Below, piece by piece: positions 19,601-28,545 of a stretch of DNA of 64,000 nucleotides. The stretch covers positions 1 through 64,000 of the forward strand of contig CAVSGO010000005.1 of assembly GCA_963727525.1 (NCBI GenBank), given 5' to 3'. Within the stretch, counting starts at the first letter, position 1. Each line of letters opens with the position of its first letter. Source of the stretch: an uncultured bacterium. GTDB lineage: Bacteria > Krumholzibacteriota > Krumholzibacteriia > LZORAL124-64-63. The notes under the pieces were generated by a model. It was given only the letters and a program-made list of their open reading frames with translations. It did no database searches and was not told where the DNA came from. A program made the position numbers and the translations under genes.

Positions 19601-19957
19601 ATCGGCCGTGGGCGCGTAGGTGACGCGACGCGGCAGACCGCCCTGAGCCGGGATCACGTAGAGATCGAAGACGCCCTCGCGGTCCGACGCGAAGCAGATC
19701 CACTGCCCGTCGGGCGAGTACACCGGGTCCTTGTCGTAGGCGGGATGGGCCGTCAGACGCTGCGCCGTGCCGCCGCTCGCGGGGACCGACCAGAGGTCGC
19801 CCTCGTAGCTGAACACGACCGTCGCACCGTCGGGCGACAGGGCGGGACCGCGCGGAAAGACCGCCTCCGCTCCGAGAGCGGGGCCGGCGACGAGGAAGGC
19901 GAGGGCGAGGATGGCGAGCAGGGAGGGCGTCCGTGATGGCAGAGGCATGGCGGTCAT
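16673..19957 (-). CDS. Tricorn-like S41 peptidase (PD40 propellers, PDZ, S41); start approximate
   Basis: PD40 repeats (WSPDG); PDZ; IDVRDNGGG; SYSNAEIF; GMTTGG. Confidence 0.9.
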   Translation of the reverse strand: MTAMPLPSRTPSLLAILALAFLVAGPALGAEAVFPRGPALSPDGATVVFSYEGDLWSVPASGGTAQRLTAHPAYDKDPVYSPDGQWICFASDREGVFDLYVIPAQGGLPRRVTYAPTADVPQDWSADGKSILFASRRPWRYPMSAQIQAAPAAGGTPERFGDLFASEIAVAPDGATTLLSVGYERFGRVGYRGSLQSDLWRWRPGSDPVQLTENPGFDTDPMWGADGATIYWRTEDDETGAFNLWRMNVDGTGKTRLTDFREEGVRNARISRDGSRIVCEAGSDLWLLDTTPGATVRKLAIAVAPDPSTNAITTEDYGKDATELSVAAGGDELAMIVHGEIVLVNKEFEGRATVPIPSPWRESAVHFRPGSADTLVFVSDRLVHDGVHYSRVGLLTSADPDTALLRAAAHWAITWLTPEGVEATAPQWSPDGRRIAYRHGVGKLAVMDADGKHRRILVDGWDDPEFSWSPDSRWLAYAAASGPDFNQDVWLQKVEGGDPVNVSQHPDFDEGPVWNQDGTMLAWTSRRYANQYDVVYCYLQRADEERTREEWKILEKTRDKGDKKESKKDDAKEGVAKEGVVTPKVAPIRINSDDIYLRLHRATDLPGDERVVAIAPHGDRLVFVGEVGGQRDLFTVDRFGEDRKALTKGGARPVAATLADDGKTVFFLKGGAPARVPLKGGDVENTSFRARLTLDRPAQRQQIVSEGWRGLRDRFYDPQLHNIDWNAQRKKAVALAAGCGHDEDFADVMNIMLRSLNASHMGYYPANGSEPVAAFLGLAFAPEHRGQGLRVASVTPHGPADREASRLQPGDIVLSIDGETVDRDHNVFAPIVAAGGDPVRVKLRRGDKDREVTLQPVTLGALRQLVYDADIAARRARVEDLGDGRIGYVHIQGMGQREVEIFERDLYAAAHGKDALVIDVRDNGGGWTTDLLLTMLTQPIHAYTIPRDGEVGYPDAERLPMQRWNKPIAVICNEGSYSNAEIFSHAVQTIGRGPVVGMTTGGNVISTGGWRTLDGGFIRLPFRGWYVWGDTRRPERNNLNEEHGGCVPDVLVPMGPVEWLHGTDPQLARAVALAQEAAATQRNVPGPQPRRPGE

Positions 19958-20126
19958 TCCCGGTTGGCGACGATGGCGAGCGCCCGCAGTATCGGGCGCA
20001 GGTTTCCGCGCAGCATAGCGCATCGGCCTCGTGAAGGGCCAGGGCCGGGTCCAGAAGACGGACCCGGCCCCGGATTGTTGCGACGAGCGTGTTCGGCGCG
20101 TCCCGTGTGTTCGACGCGCCCGTGAG

Positions 20127-22397
20127 CTAGGCGCGACCGGCGCGGATGACGTTGAGCGCCGAGCCCGCCTTGAACCAAGCGATCTGCTCGGCGGTCATGG
20201 AATGCTTGAGAGACGCTTCGTCCTGCGAGCCGTCCGCATGGTGCATCACCAGGCGTACCGTGCTGCCGGGCGCCAATTTCGTGACGTCGAGCAGATCGAG
20301 GGTGTCGTCCTCGCGCACCTTGTCGTAATCGGCCGCGCTCGCGAAGGTGAGCGGCAAGAGCCCCTGCTTCTTGAGATTCGTCTCGTGGATGCGCGCGAAG
20401 CTCCGCGTGATCACCGCCACTGCGCCCAGGTGACGCGGCTCCATGGCGGCGTGCTCGCGCGAGCTGCCCTCACCGTAGTTCTCGTCGCCGACGACCACCC
20501 AGCGCTTGCCGGCCGCCTTCAGTGCCCGCGCCACCTCGGGCACCTTGCCGCGGCCACCGTCGACGGGGTTGCGCGTCACCCCCGCCTCGTCGGCAAAGGC
20601 GTTCACGGCCCCCAGCAGCAAGTTGTCGCTGATCCGGTCGAGGTGGCCGCGAAACTTGAGCCACGGCCCGGCTTGCGAGATGTGGTCGGTGGTGCACTTG
20701 CCCTTGGCCTTGATGAGCAGGGACAGCCCGACGAGGTCCTTGCCGTTCCATTTCGGGAAGGGCTCGAGCAGGGCGAGGCGGTCGCTGTCGGGGCTCACCG
20801 CCACCTGCACGCTATGCGCGTCGCTGGCCGGCGCCTGGTAGCCCTCCTCGGCGAAGATGAAGCCCTGCTTCGGCAACTCGTCGGCCACGGCCGGCGCCTC
20901 CAGCGTGGCCGTACCGCCGTCCGCGGTTTCCAGCGCCGCGGTGAGCGGATTCACGTCGAGGCGACCGGTGAGGCCGTACGCCACCGTCACCTCCGGGCTG
21001 CCGATGAAGGCGTTGGTCTGGGGATTGCCGTCGTTGCGCTTGGGGAAGTTGCGGTTGAAGGACGTGACGATGCTGTTGGGCGTGCCGTCCGCCATGTCGT
21101 CGCGCTTCCACTGGCCGATGCACGGCCCGCAGGCATTGGTCAGCACGGTGGCCCCGAGTTCCTCGAGCACGGCGAGCTGTCCGTCGCGCTTGATCGTCTC
21201 GTAGATCTGGTCCGACCCCGGTGTGACGAGAAGCGGCGACTTCATCTTGAGGCCCTTGGCCAGCGCCTGCTTCGCGACGTCGGTGGCGCGGCAGATGTCC
21301 TCGTAGCTGCTGTTGGTGCAGCTGCCGATGAGGGCCGCCGTGATGTTCACAGGCCAGCCCTCCTTCTGGCAATCGGCCGCCACCTGGCTCACCGGACGCG
21401 CCGCATCGGGCGTGTGCGGACCGACGAGGTGCGGCTCGAGCTGCGACAGATCGATCTCCACGATGCTGTCGAAGTAGTCGTCGGGTTCCTCGGCCACCTC
21501 CGCATCGGCCGTCAGCAGATCACGGTTGGCCTCCGCCAGGTCGGCCAGTTCGCCCCGGCGCGTGGCGCGCAGATAGGCCGCCATGCGCGCGTCGAAGGGG
21601 AACAGGCTCGTGGTGGCGCCCAGTTCGGCGCCCATGTTGGTGATCGTGGCCTTGCCCGTGCAGCTGATCGCCTCGCACCCCGGTCCGAAGTACTCGACGA
21701 TGTGGTTGGTGCCGCCCTTGGTGGTAAGAATGCCCAGCAGGCGCAGGATGACGTCCTTCGGCGCCGTCCAGCCGCTCGGCGCGCCCGTCAGATGCACGCC
21801 GATGATCTTGGGATTGAGCACCTCCCACGGCATGGCGACCATGACGTCCACGGCATCCGCTCCACCCACGCCGCAGGCGATCATGCCAAGGCCGCCCGCA
21901 TTAGGCGTGTGGCTGTCGGTGCCGATCATCAGGCCGCCGGGAAACGCGTAATTCTCGAGCACGACCTGGTGGATGATGCCCGAACCGGGCTTCCAGAAAC
22001 CCAGGCCGTAGCGCGACGCGGCGCTGCTGAGGAAATCGTAGACCTCGCGGTTGGTGCCCAGCGCCGCGGCCTTGTCGTACTCCGCGCCCTTGTACGCGAG
22101 CAGCAGGTGGTCGCAGTGCACCGTGGTCGGCACCGCCGCCTCGTCCTTGCCGGCCATCATGAACTGGAGGATCGCCATCTGCGCCGTGGCATCCTGCATC
22201 GCGACCCGATCGGGCCGCAGGGCCAGCGTGGCCTTGCCACGCGTGAGATTCTGGCCGGCAGGATCGTCGAGGTGCCCATACACGATCTTCTCGGCCAGCG
22301 TGAGCGGCCGGCCGAGTCGCTTGCTCACGATGGCGAGATTCTTGCGCGTCTTCTTGTACGCGTCGCGGACGAGCTGCGGGGTGGTCGCGATGGGCAT
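20127..22397 (-). CDS. Aconitate hydratase (mitochondrial-type AcnA family)
   Basis: [64 protein letters not shown]. Confidence 0.96.
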   Translation of the reverse strand: MPIATTPQLVRDAYKKTRKNLAIVSKRLGRPLTLAEKIVYGHLDDPAGQNLTRGKATLALRPDRVAMQDATAQMAILQFMMAGKDEAAVPTTVHCDHLLLAYKGAEYDKAAALGTNREVYDFLSSAASRYGLGFWKPGSGIIHQVVLENYAFPGGLMIGTDSHTPNAGGLGMIACGVGGADAVDVMVAMPWEVLNPKIIGVHLTGAPSGWTAPKDVILRLLGILTTKGGTNHIVEYFGPGCEAISCTGKATITNMGAELGATTSLFPFDARMAAYLRATRRGELADLAEANRDLLTADAEVAEEPDDYFDSIVEIDLSQLEPHLVGPHTPDAARPVSQVAADCQKEGWPVNITAALIGSCTNSSYEDICRATDVAKQALAKGLKMKSPLLVTPGSDQIYETIKRDGQLAVLEELGATVLTNACGPCIGQWKRDDMADGTPNSIVTSFNRNFPKRNDGNPQTNAFIGSPEVTVAYGLTGRLDVNPLTAALETADGGTATLEAPAVADELPKQGFIFAEEGYQAPASDAHSVQVAVSPDSDRLALLEPFPKWNGKDLVGLSLLIKAKGKCTTDHISQAGPWLKFRGHLDRISDNLLLGAVNAFADEAGVTRNPVDGGRGKVPEVARALKAAGKRWVVVGDENYGEGSSREHAAMEPRHLGAVAVITRSFARIHETNLKKQGLLPLTFASAADYDKVREDDTLDLLDVTKLAPGSTVRLVMHHADGSQDEASLKHSMTAEQIAWFKAGSALNVIRAGRA

Positions 22398-22661
22398 GAA
22401 CGTCTCCTCCAGGATGACTCGGACTCCGGGGCCAGATGCGTCTGCTGGCGGTCGAATACAAGTTCAGTCGAAATAGTAGCCAACATCGATTCCGAATGCA
22501 CGTTTCCTGTTCATTGCCGGGCGCGCACGCCGCCCCGCATGCGGGACTTCCTGAGGCACCTTTGCCGGCATACGTCGCGATAGGGCCGTTCTGGGGCCGC
22601 CTGTTCCCAAGAGGGGTCAAGACCCGCGCATATGTTTTTAAAGAATCAGGACAGTTTCTAC

Positions 22662-22688
22662 TAAAGTCAACACCAGGCATGCCGAGAT
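22662..22688 (+). promoter_or_regulatory. Putative sigma28 (FliA) promoter of the chemoreceptor gene
   Basis: TAAAGTCA-N11-GCCGAGAT versus consensus TAAAGTTT-N11-GCCGATAA, about 85 bp upstream of an MCP. Confidence 0.7.
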
Positions 22689-22773
22689 CCCTTTCAAATT
22701 GTTTGGGCCGGAGCGATACGCGGCTCCACCACGTTCACCGGAAACCGCCCCACTCTTCCAAGGATGTCCCCCC

Positions 22774-24468
22774 ATGCGGTTGAACCTGCAGACGCGATTC
22801 CTGGCCCCCACCGTCGTCACGCTGACGCTGGCGTTCGTGGCTTACCTGTTGATCACGACGCACGGCACCGGTACGGCCCTGAATACCACGATCAAGGGCG
22901 AAATGATCCAGCTGGACGACGCGATCGCCCGGCAGGTCACGACCTGGGTCAGGGATCGCCGGACCGACATCGCCGTGTGGAGCGAGCTGCACGACATCAC
23001 CGGGGTCGTGAACGGATCCGTCACCTCGGCCGAAGCCTCGGACGTGCTCGCCGGTATCCAGCGTCGCAGCACCTCCTACGAGGCGCTCCACGTCGTCGAC
23101 GTGTCGGGCAAGGCCGTCGCGTCCTCGCTGCCTGGTGGCGTGGGCACCCTCGACGTGGCCGACCGCGCGTACTTCCAGGAGTGCCGGCGAACCGGCAAGC
23201 CGGTCATGTCCGCCGCCCTGAAGAGCAAACTCACCGGCGCACCCATCGTCGTGATCTGCCAGCCCCTGAGCACGCAGGGCGCCTTGCTGGGCGTCATCGA
23301 TCTGGGCTCCTTCACCGCAAGCGTCACCGACAGCATCAGGATCGGGGCAACCGGCTATGCCTATATCTGCGACGCGAACGGCACGTTCCTGGCCCACCCG
23401 AAGAAGGAACTAATCCTCGTCGACGGGATCCAGAAATACGACTTCGGCAAGATGATTCTCGCGCAGCACGAGGGCTTTGCGAGCTATACGTTCAAGGGCG
23501 CCAGCAAGAAGGCCGCGTTCCGTACGGATCCCGACCTCGGCTGGATCGTCGCGGTCACGATCAACGATGCGCAGATCTTCGCGCCCGCCCAGCAGATTCG
23601 CAATACCGGCATCTTGCTGACGCTCGTCTCCGTGCTGCTCGTCGCGGGTGTGATCTTTCTGGTGTCGCGTCGCGTGACGGGGCCCGTGCAGACGATGATC
23701 GCCGATCTGAACGCCGGCGCCGACCAGACGTCGTCTGCGGCGTCGCAGATCTCGGGTGCCGCGATCACGCTCTCGGAGCAGGCGAACACGCAGGCGGCCG
23801 CCGTCCAGCAGTCCACTGCCAGCGTCGAGGAGCTCACGGCCGGCATCCGACATACGGCCGAGAACGCCTCCACCTGCCAGGGCGTGATGACCGGCACGAA
23901 GGCGACGGTCGGCACCGGATTGCAAGCCATGCAGGACATGGTCGCCGCCATCGACAGGATCAAGTCCTCGGCCGACGAAACCGCGCGCATCGTCAAGACC
24001 ATCGACGAGATCGCGTTCCAGACGAATCTCCTGGCCCTCAACGCCGCAGTCGAGGCCGCACGAGCCGGCGAATCCGGCAAGGGGTTCGCCGTGGTGGCCG
24101 AGGAGGTGCGCAACCTTGCGCAGCGCGCCGCGCAGGCCGCGCGTGATACCTCGGTCCTGATCGTGGGCTCCGTCGATCATGCGGAGAACGGCGTCCTCGT
24201 GGCCGACCGTACGCGCATCGCGTTTCACGAGACCGCCGCCGCGGCGGAACAGGTGGCCTCGTTGATCGACGAGATCGCCGCGGCAGCGCGCGAGCAGTCG
24301 ATCGGCATCGAGCAGATCAACCAGGCTCTCGGTCAGATCGACCGGGTGACGCAGAGCAGCGCGGCCAACGCGGAACAGTCGGCATCGGCCGCCGAGGAAC
24401 TCGACGCGCAGACCACGCAGCTACGCGGCATCGTGTCGTCTCTGGATGGTTTGATCTCGGGGCGGTGA
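22774..24468 (+). CDS. Methyl-accepting chemotaxis protein with Cache sensor domain
   Basis: Two TM segments; DRAYFQ and GYAYI...FLAHP Cache motifs; [37 protein letters not shown]. Confidence 0.95.
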   Translation: MRLNLQTRFLAPTVVTLTLAFVAYLLITTHGTGTALNTTIKGEMIQLDDAIARQVTTWVRDRRTDIAVWSELHDITGVVNGSVTSAEASDVLAGIQRRSTSYEALHVVDVSGKAVASSLPGGVGTLDVADRAYFQECRRTGKPVMSAALKSKLTGAPIVVICQPLSTQGALLGVIDLGSFTASVTDSIRIGATGYAYICDANGTFLAHPKKELILVDGIQKYDFGKMILAQHEGFASYTFKGASKKAAFRTDPDLGWIVAVTINDAQIFAPAQQIRNTGILLTLVSVLLVAGVIFLVSRRVTGPVQTMIADLNAGADQTSSAASQISGAAITLSEQANTQAAAVQQSTASVEELTAGIRHTAENASTCQGVMTGTKATVGTGLQAMQDMVAAIDRIKSSADETARIVKTIDEIAFQTNLLALNAAVEAARAGESGKGFAVVAEEVRNLAQRAAQAARDTSVLIVGSVDHAENGVLVADRTRIAFHETAAAAEQVASLIDEIAAAAREQSIGIEQINQALGQIDRVTQSSAANAEQSASAAEELDAQTTQLRGIVSSLDGLISGR

Positions 24469-24486
24469 TCGGAGCGCGCGGATCAG

Positions 24487-24664
24487 CCCACCTTATTTAT
24501 GCTATCGCGTAGCGAGGCGAGTGGAACGGTCTCTGTGAGCGGGATCTCGCAGGGTTTGTGAGGGAGCCGTACCCGCTGGGGTACGGTGACCGAAGCAAAC
24601 CCGAGAAAGCCCGCTCACAGAGACCGTGACGCCGCCGCAGTAGCGATTGCATGAATAAGGTGGG
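24487..24664. mobile_element. 178-bp MITE-like non-autonomous element
   Basis: Terminal inverted repeats CCCACCTTATT(T/C)ATGC (15/16 match); flanking direct repeat ATCAG at 24482-24486 and 24665-24669; internal nested palindromes. Confidence 0.8.
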
Positions 24665-24665
24665 A

Positions 24666-25451
24666 TCAGAGCAGCTCGAGGCCGCGGATCTCCGCGCGCG
24701 TGAGGGGACGTACCTGACCGGGCACGAGCGCCCCGATCTTCACCACACCCACCTGCACCTGCTGCAGATCGGTCACCTCGTGGCGCAACGACGTGAAGAG
24801 GCGGCGGAGCTGACGGATCTTGCCGCCCCGGACCGAGATGCGCAACAGCGTCTGCTGCGCCTCGACGCCGAGGATGCGGGCGCTCACCGGCTTGATGTAC
24901 CCCAGACAGGGTAGGTGCATCCCGTTCTGGATGACGCTCAGCTCCGCGTCGCCCAGCGTGCCGGACACCCGGATCTCGAACGCGCGTTCGAGCTTGCGCC
25001 GCGTGGCGACCGCCGCATTCCACCAGTTGTCGTTGGACACGAGCACAAGGCCGCTCACCCGCGCATCCATCCGGCCCACGGCCTCGAGCCCGGGTATCTC
25101 GCTGGGCACGTAGCCGAAGAGCGGATCCGAGCCGGACGCGCCGCCGCGGATGTCGAGCTGGCGCGGCTTGTGAAAGGCGAAGTATCGCCGCGGCGCCTCC
25201 ACGAGCGGGCGTCCGTCGAGGCCGAGCTCATCACCGCGATCGACTGCATACGCCGGATCAGCCACCACCGCGCCGTTCACGGTCACGCGCTGTTGACGCA
25301 CGATGACCTCGGCCCGTTGCCGTGATCCGTATCCGGCCTTGGCCAGAACCCGCGCCAGCCCCTCGGGCCGAACCGCCCGCCACCGGCCATTGGCGTCCAC
25401 GTACTCCGCGCGCGGAGATCCGGAGACCGGTCGCGGGGGCTTCGTGGTCAC
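24666..25451 (-). CDS. rRNA pseudouridine synthase (RsuA/RluB family) with S4 domain
   Basis: LARVLAKAGYGSRQRAE S4; FHKP; VGRMD..VSGL.L.SND; GKIRQLRR; GTG start overlaps the upstream stop. Confidence 0.85.
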   Translation of the reverse strand: MTTKPPRPVSGSPRAEYVDANGRWRAVRPEGLARVLAKAGYGSRQRAEVIVRQQRVTVNGAVVADPAYAVDRGDELGLDGRPLVEAPRRYFAFHKPRQLDIRGGASGSDPLFGYVPSEIPGLEAVGRMDARVSGLVLVSNDNWWNAAVATRRKLERAFEIRVSGTLGDAELSVIQNGMHLPCLGYIKPVSARILGVEAQQTLLRISVRGGKIRQLRRLFTSLRHEVTDLQQVQVGVVKIGALVPGQVRPLTRAEIRGLELL

Positions 25452-26113
25452 GCACGCTCGCTCTCGGTGATTTGCGCACTCACCCCGGTCAGGGCCACGG
25501 CGCGTACCGGCGACGCCTCGGTACCTGCCAGCTTCAGGGGCAGCGCCAGCAACAGGAACGGAGTCCCGGGCAGCGTAGCAAGATTCGTGACGTTTTCCAG
25601 GTTGATCATGCCATGCGCCGCCGCGACGACGTGGGCCTGGTCTCCGCCGAGCGGATCGAGGCTTGGCGTGTCCAGGCCGATGCCGCGCAGACCTGCCCCG
25701 GCCAGACGCGCCACGAGGGCCGGCTCGAGGTACGGCCACTCGTCATAGTACCGCGGCGTGCCCCAGTGATCGTCCCAGCCCGTGCGCAGCAGCAGAAATT
25801 CGACGTCGCGCGCGCCGTCGGCGGGCACCGCCGCGTCTGGAATCATGCGTTGCGCGACCCAGGCCCTCACATCGACCACCCGCGCGCGTCCGGCGCACGC
25901 GGCGAGCGGCAGGGCGTCGACCGCGGCGCCATCGGCGCGAAAGTGCAGCGGGGCATCGATATGGGTGCCCACATGGCAACCCAGTTCGAGCACCGTCGCC
26001 ATCCACGGGTCCTTCCCGTGCTCGGCCTCGCGGACGAGGCGCACCGGGCGCGGGTCGCCCGGATACTGGTCCATCCCCGACGAGATCGTGTGACTGAGAT
26101 CGATGAGTTGCAT
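25448..26113 (-). CDS. Cyclase family metal-dependent hydrolase (kynurenine formamidase-like)
   Basis: IDLSH, YPGDP, HVGTHIDAPLHF, GLDTPS, LENVTNL, ASPVRA. Confidence 0.9.
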   Translation of the reverse strand: MQLIDLSHTISSGMDQYPGDPRPVRLVREAEHGKDPWMATVLELGCHVGTHIDAPLHFRADGAAVDALPLAACAGRARVVDVRAWVAQRMIPDAAVPADGARDVEFLLLRTGWDDHWGTPRYYDEWPYLEPALVARLAGAGLRGIGLDTPSLDPLGGDQAHVVAAAHGMINLENVTNLATLPGTPFLLLALPLKLAGTEASPVRAVALTGVSAQITESERA

Positions 26114-26114
26114 G

Positions 26115-26435
26115 TCAGCCGCCGCTGTTGAAGGAGTCCTGAGATGAGAGCCGCCGCAGATCGGCCACCTCGAAGTCGCTGGCAAAGATGAGGCGCTCCG
26201 CCTCGTCGAGCAACTCGTCGGCGTGGTCGGGATGCCCGGAGACCACGGCCACCGCGAGGAAGGCACGCTGCACCAGGTCGGGGGGGCCGATCTGCGCCAC
26301 GGCGTAGTGCCGGTGCTGCAGGCGCTGCACGAGTCCCTGTAGGACGCGTCGTCGGTCCTTGAGCGACTCGGCATATGGCAGGTGCAGATCGACCACGAGG
26401 GTGGCGGTGACATGCCTGACGTCGTCCATCGTCAT
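26115..26435 (-). CDS. DUF503 (YlxP-like) protein
   Basis: LHLPYAESLKDRRRVL motif; about 100 aa. Confidence 0.8.
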   Translation of the reverse strand: MTMDDVRHVTATLVVDLHLPYAESLKDRRRVLQGLVQRLQHRHYAVAQIGPPDLVQRAFLAVAVVSGHPDHADELLDEAERLIFASDFEVADLRRLSSQDSFNSGG

Positions 26436-26457
26436 CTCGCAGGCTCGGGGAAGACGC

Positions 26458-26486
26458 GCGGCCCCGGACCGTCCGTCCGGGGCCGC
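26458..26486 (-). terminator. GC-rich hairpin after the metalloprotease gene
   Basis: GCGGCCCCGGAC-N5-GTCCGGGGCCGC perfect 12-bp stem. Confidence 0.55.
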
Positions 26487-26519
26487 TCGCGAAGACTCCT
26501 GAAGTAGCACCGATCGCGA

Positions 26520-28301
26520 CTACTTCGTCAAGACCAGCTTGTGAGTCGTCACCTGCCCCGCGCTGCTCATCCGCGCGACGTAGGTGCCCGACGCCACGTT
26601 GCGGCCCGCGTCGTCGAGACCGTCCCAGCGCACGCTGTGCGCGCCGGCCGGCATGGTCTCGGACACGAGGCTGCGCACGCGCTGACCGCGCATGTCGTAC
26701 AGGTCGATGGCCACCGCACCCGCGCGATCCAGCGAGAAGTCGATCGTCGTCGCCGGGTTGAACGGGTTCGGGTGATTGCCGTCGATCGCGAACAGCGGCT
26801 TCACGTTGTCGCCGACCGGAGTGATCCCCGTGGCGCGCTCGACCGTCACAGTGAAGCCCTGGCCGCCGCCCGCGGTACTCGTGTTGCTGATGATGATGCC
26901 CACCTCGTACATCGTCGCGAGGTCGATGGGCAGCGTGAATACGCCATCGTTGTTGCTATCGAGGTCGAGGTCATAGAGGTAATGCGCACCGGCGTTGCCC
27001 GGCGCCACGTGCATGTAGGCCGCCAGGTTGAAACGACCGCCGTCGGCACCGTTGAATGTTACCTTCACCAGCTCGCCGGGGTGGCCACCGAGCGAGAGGC
27101 AACGCATGAAATTGGCCGACAGATGCTGCACGGTACTGGTGAACGTATTCGGGTAGCTGCCCGTCTGATGATTCACACTGCTCGATGGATAGGTGGCGGC
27201 TTCCCCGTAGCCGAAGCCTGCCGACGAGCGCGCGCCCGTCGCGAAGTTCCAGGCCGTGAACACGGGCCACAGATTCTCGATGCTCGAGCCCACGGTGGCG
27301 AGCATGTTGTCGTACGTCGTGAGCATCGGCTGGCTCTGGTGGGTACGGCGATAGAGCCACATGTCGGCGATCAGCCCGTTGCCGTAGGTCTCGCTCATGA
27401 TGTGCTGCCAGATGCAGTCTTCGTAGCTGCCGGTGCCGCCGTCGTCGAGGGGCGCCGCCGGCGTGGAGATGCCACTGCCGAAGGGCAGATAGTTGTAGTA
27501 GTCGTTGGTATCATCGAAGACCAGGTCCTCGGCCCAGGTCGCGTCGAGCTCCACCCAGCCGCCCTCGGACCAGTTGCTGCCCGCATACTGCGTGGAATGC
27601 TTGAACTCGTGTGCGCAGGTCACCTTGGCGGCGCCGAGCACATCGCCATCGGGATCGTCGTTGGGCGGGAAGCCGACGAAGTCGTTGTCCAGGGTGATGC
27701 GGGTCATACCCGGCGACCCCGAGGGTTGCGTGAAACCGTAGACGCCGCTGAGGGCCTGGAAGAAGATGGACATGGTGCCGGCACCGATCGGCGGGCCAAC
27801 GAAGCCCTCCTCGATCACCTCGCGTTGCCACGAGTAGTCGAGATAGTCGGCGCAGTGTTCGATGTAGTCGGGCACGCCGCTGCCGTCCGAATCGATTGCG
27901 GGCACGGCGTTCGTGCCGACGGTGGTGTAGTTGAGCGTGAAACGTCCGCTCGGACTGATGAACGAGTCGCGCGTCGGCTCGTCGGGCGGCGCGAGGTAGC
28001 CCTCGATGGCCTGACGGATATCGGTCGGCAGCTGGGCTTCGCGCTGGAGGTATTCCACCACGAGATCGGTCCCGCACTTCATCGGCGCCAGGCCTTCGGG
28101 CTGCAGGTCGCCGGGCAAACGCGCGCGGTCGAACGCGTACTGGAACTTGAGCAACAGGGCCTGGTCGGCGGTCAGCCGGCCATCGTCCACACGCTGCGCG
28201 ACCTGAGAGAGGAAATCGCCGGCGCTCTGGACCGCCGCCATGGCGGCGCCGGCGACCAGCAAGCAGCCGGCGAGGGCGAGAATCATCAGCCTGGTCTTCA
28301 T
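26520..28301 (-). CDS. Secreted zincin metalloprotease (MXAN_6640-like) with C-terminal FlgD-Ig-like PNPFNP domain
   Basis: Signal peptide; KCGT; DSDGSGVPDYIE; AHEFKH plus W.E..ATWAED; NHPNPFNP CTD. Confidence 0.85.
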   Translation of the reverse strand: MKTRLMILALAGCLLVAGAAMAAVQSAGDFLSQVAQRVDDGRLTADQALLLKFQYAFDRARLPGDLQPEGLAPMKCGTDLVVEYLQREAQLPTDIRQAIEGYLAPPDEPTRDSFISPSGRFTLNYTTVGTNAVPAIDSDGSGVPDYIEHCADYLDYSWQREVIEEGFVGPPIGAGTMSIFFQALSGVYGFTQPSGSPGMTRITLDNDFVGFPPNDDPDGDVLGAAKVTCAHEFKHSTQYAGSNWSEGGWVELDATWAEDLVFDDTNDYYNYLPFGSGISTPAAPLDDGGTGSYEDCIWQHIMSETYGNGLIADMWLYRRTHQSQPMLTTYDNMLATVGSSIENLWPVFTAWNFATGARSSAGFGYGEAATYPSSSVNHQTGSYPNTFTSTVQHLSANFMRCLSLGGHPGELVKVTFNGADGGRFNLAAYMHVAPGNAGAHYLYDLDLDSNNDGVFTLPIDLATMYEVGIIISNTSTAGGGQGFTVTVERATGITPVGDNVKPLFAIDGNHPNPFNPATTIDFSLDRAGAVAIDLYDMRGQRVRSLVSETMPAGAHSVRWDGLDDAGRNVASGTYVARMSSAGQVTTHKLVLTK

Positions 28302-28510
28302 ATCATCTCCTTGAATGGCTCGAGGCCACAACCCAGCACACCGCCGTGCGATCACCCGTACGGAAGAGCGGCGACGCGGCAGTCGAGAATGCATCGGATA
28401 AATTCTACCAGAAATGGGCTCCAAAATCACCAGAGGAAACGCCCCCTCCGCGCTTTGCGCCTCTTGCACAACGAGTTATCGTTGTTCAGAGCTATGTCCG
28501 CCGGCGGGCG

Positions 28511-28538
28511 TTGACAGTGGGCCCGGAAGTCCTAGGAT
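28511..28538 (+). promoter_or_regulatory. Putative sigma70 promoter for the MltF-like gene
   Basis: TTGACA-N16-TAGGAT, 7 nt before an in-frame ATG at 28546. Confidence 0.5.
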
Positions 28539-28545
28539 GACGCTC

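Noticed and set aside
24487-24664. 6S RNA or SRP RNA
   Set aside because: The size and rod shape are 6S-like, but terminal inverted repeats plus a 5-bp flanking duplication and no room for a promoter favour a MITE. The SRP GGAA-tetraloop motif is absent on both strands.
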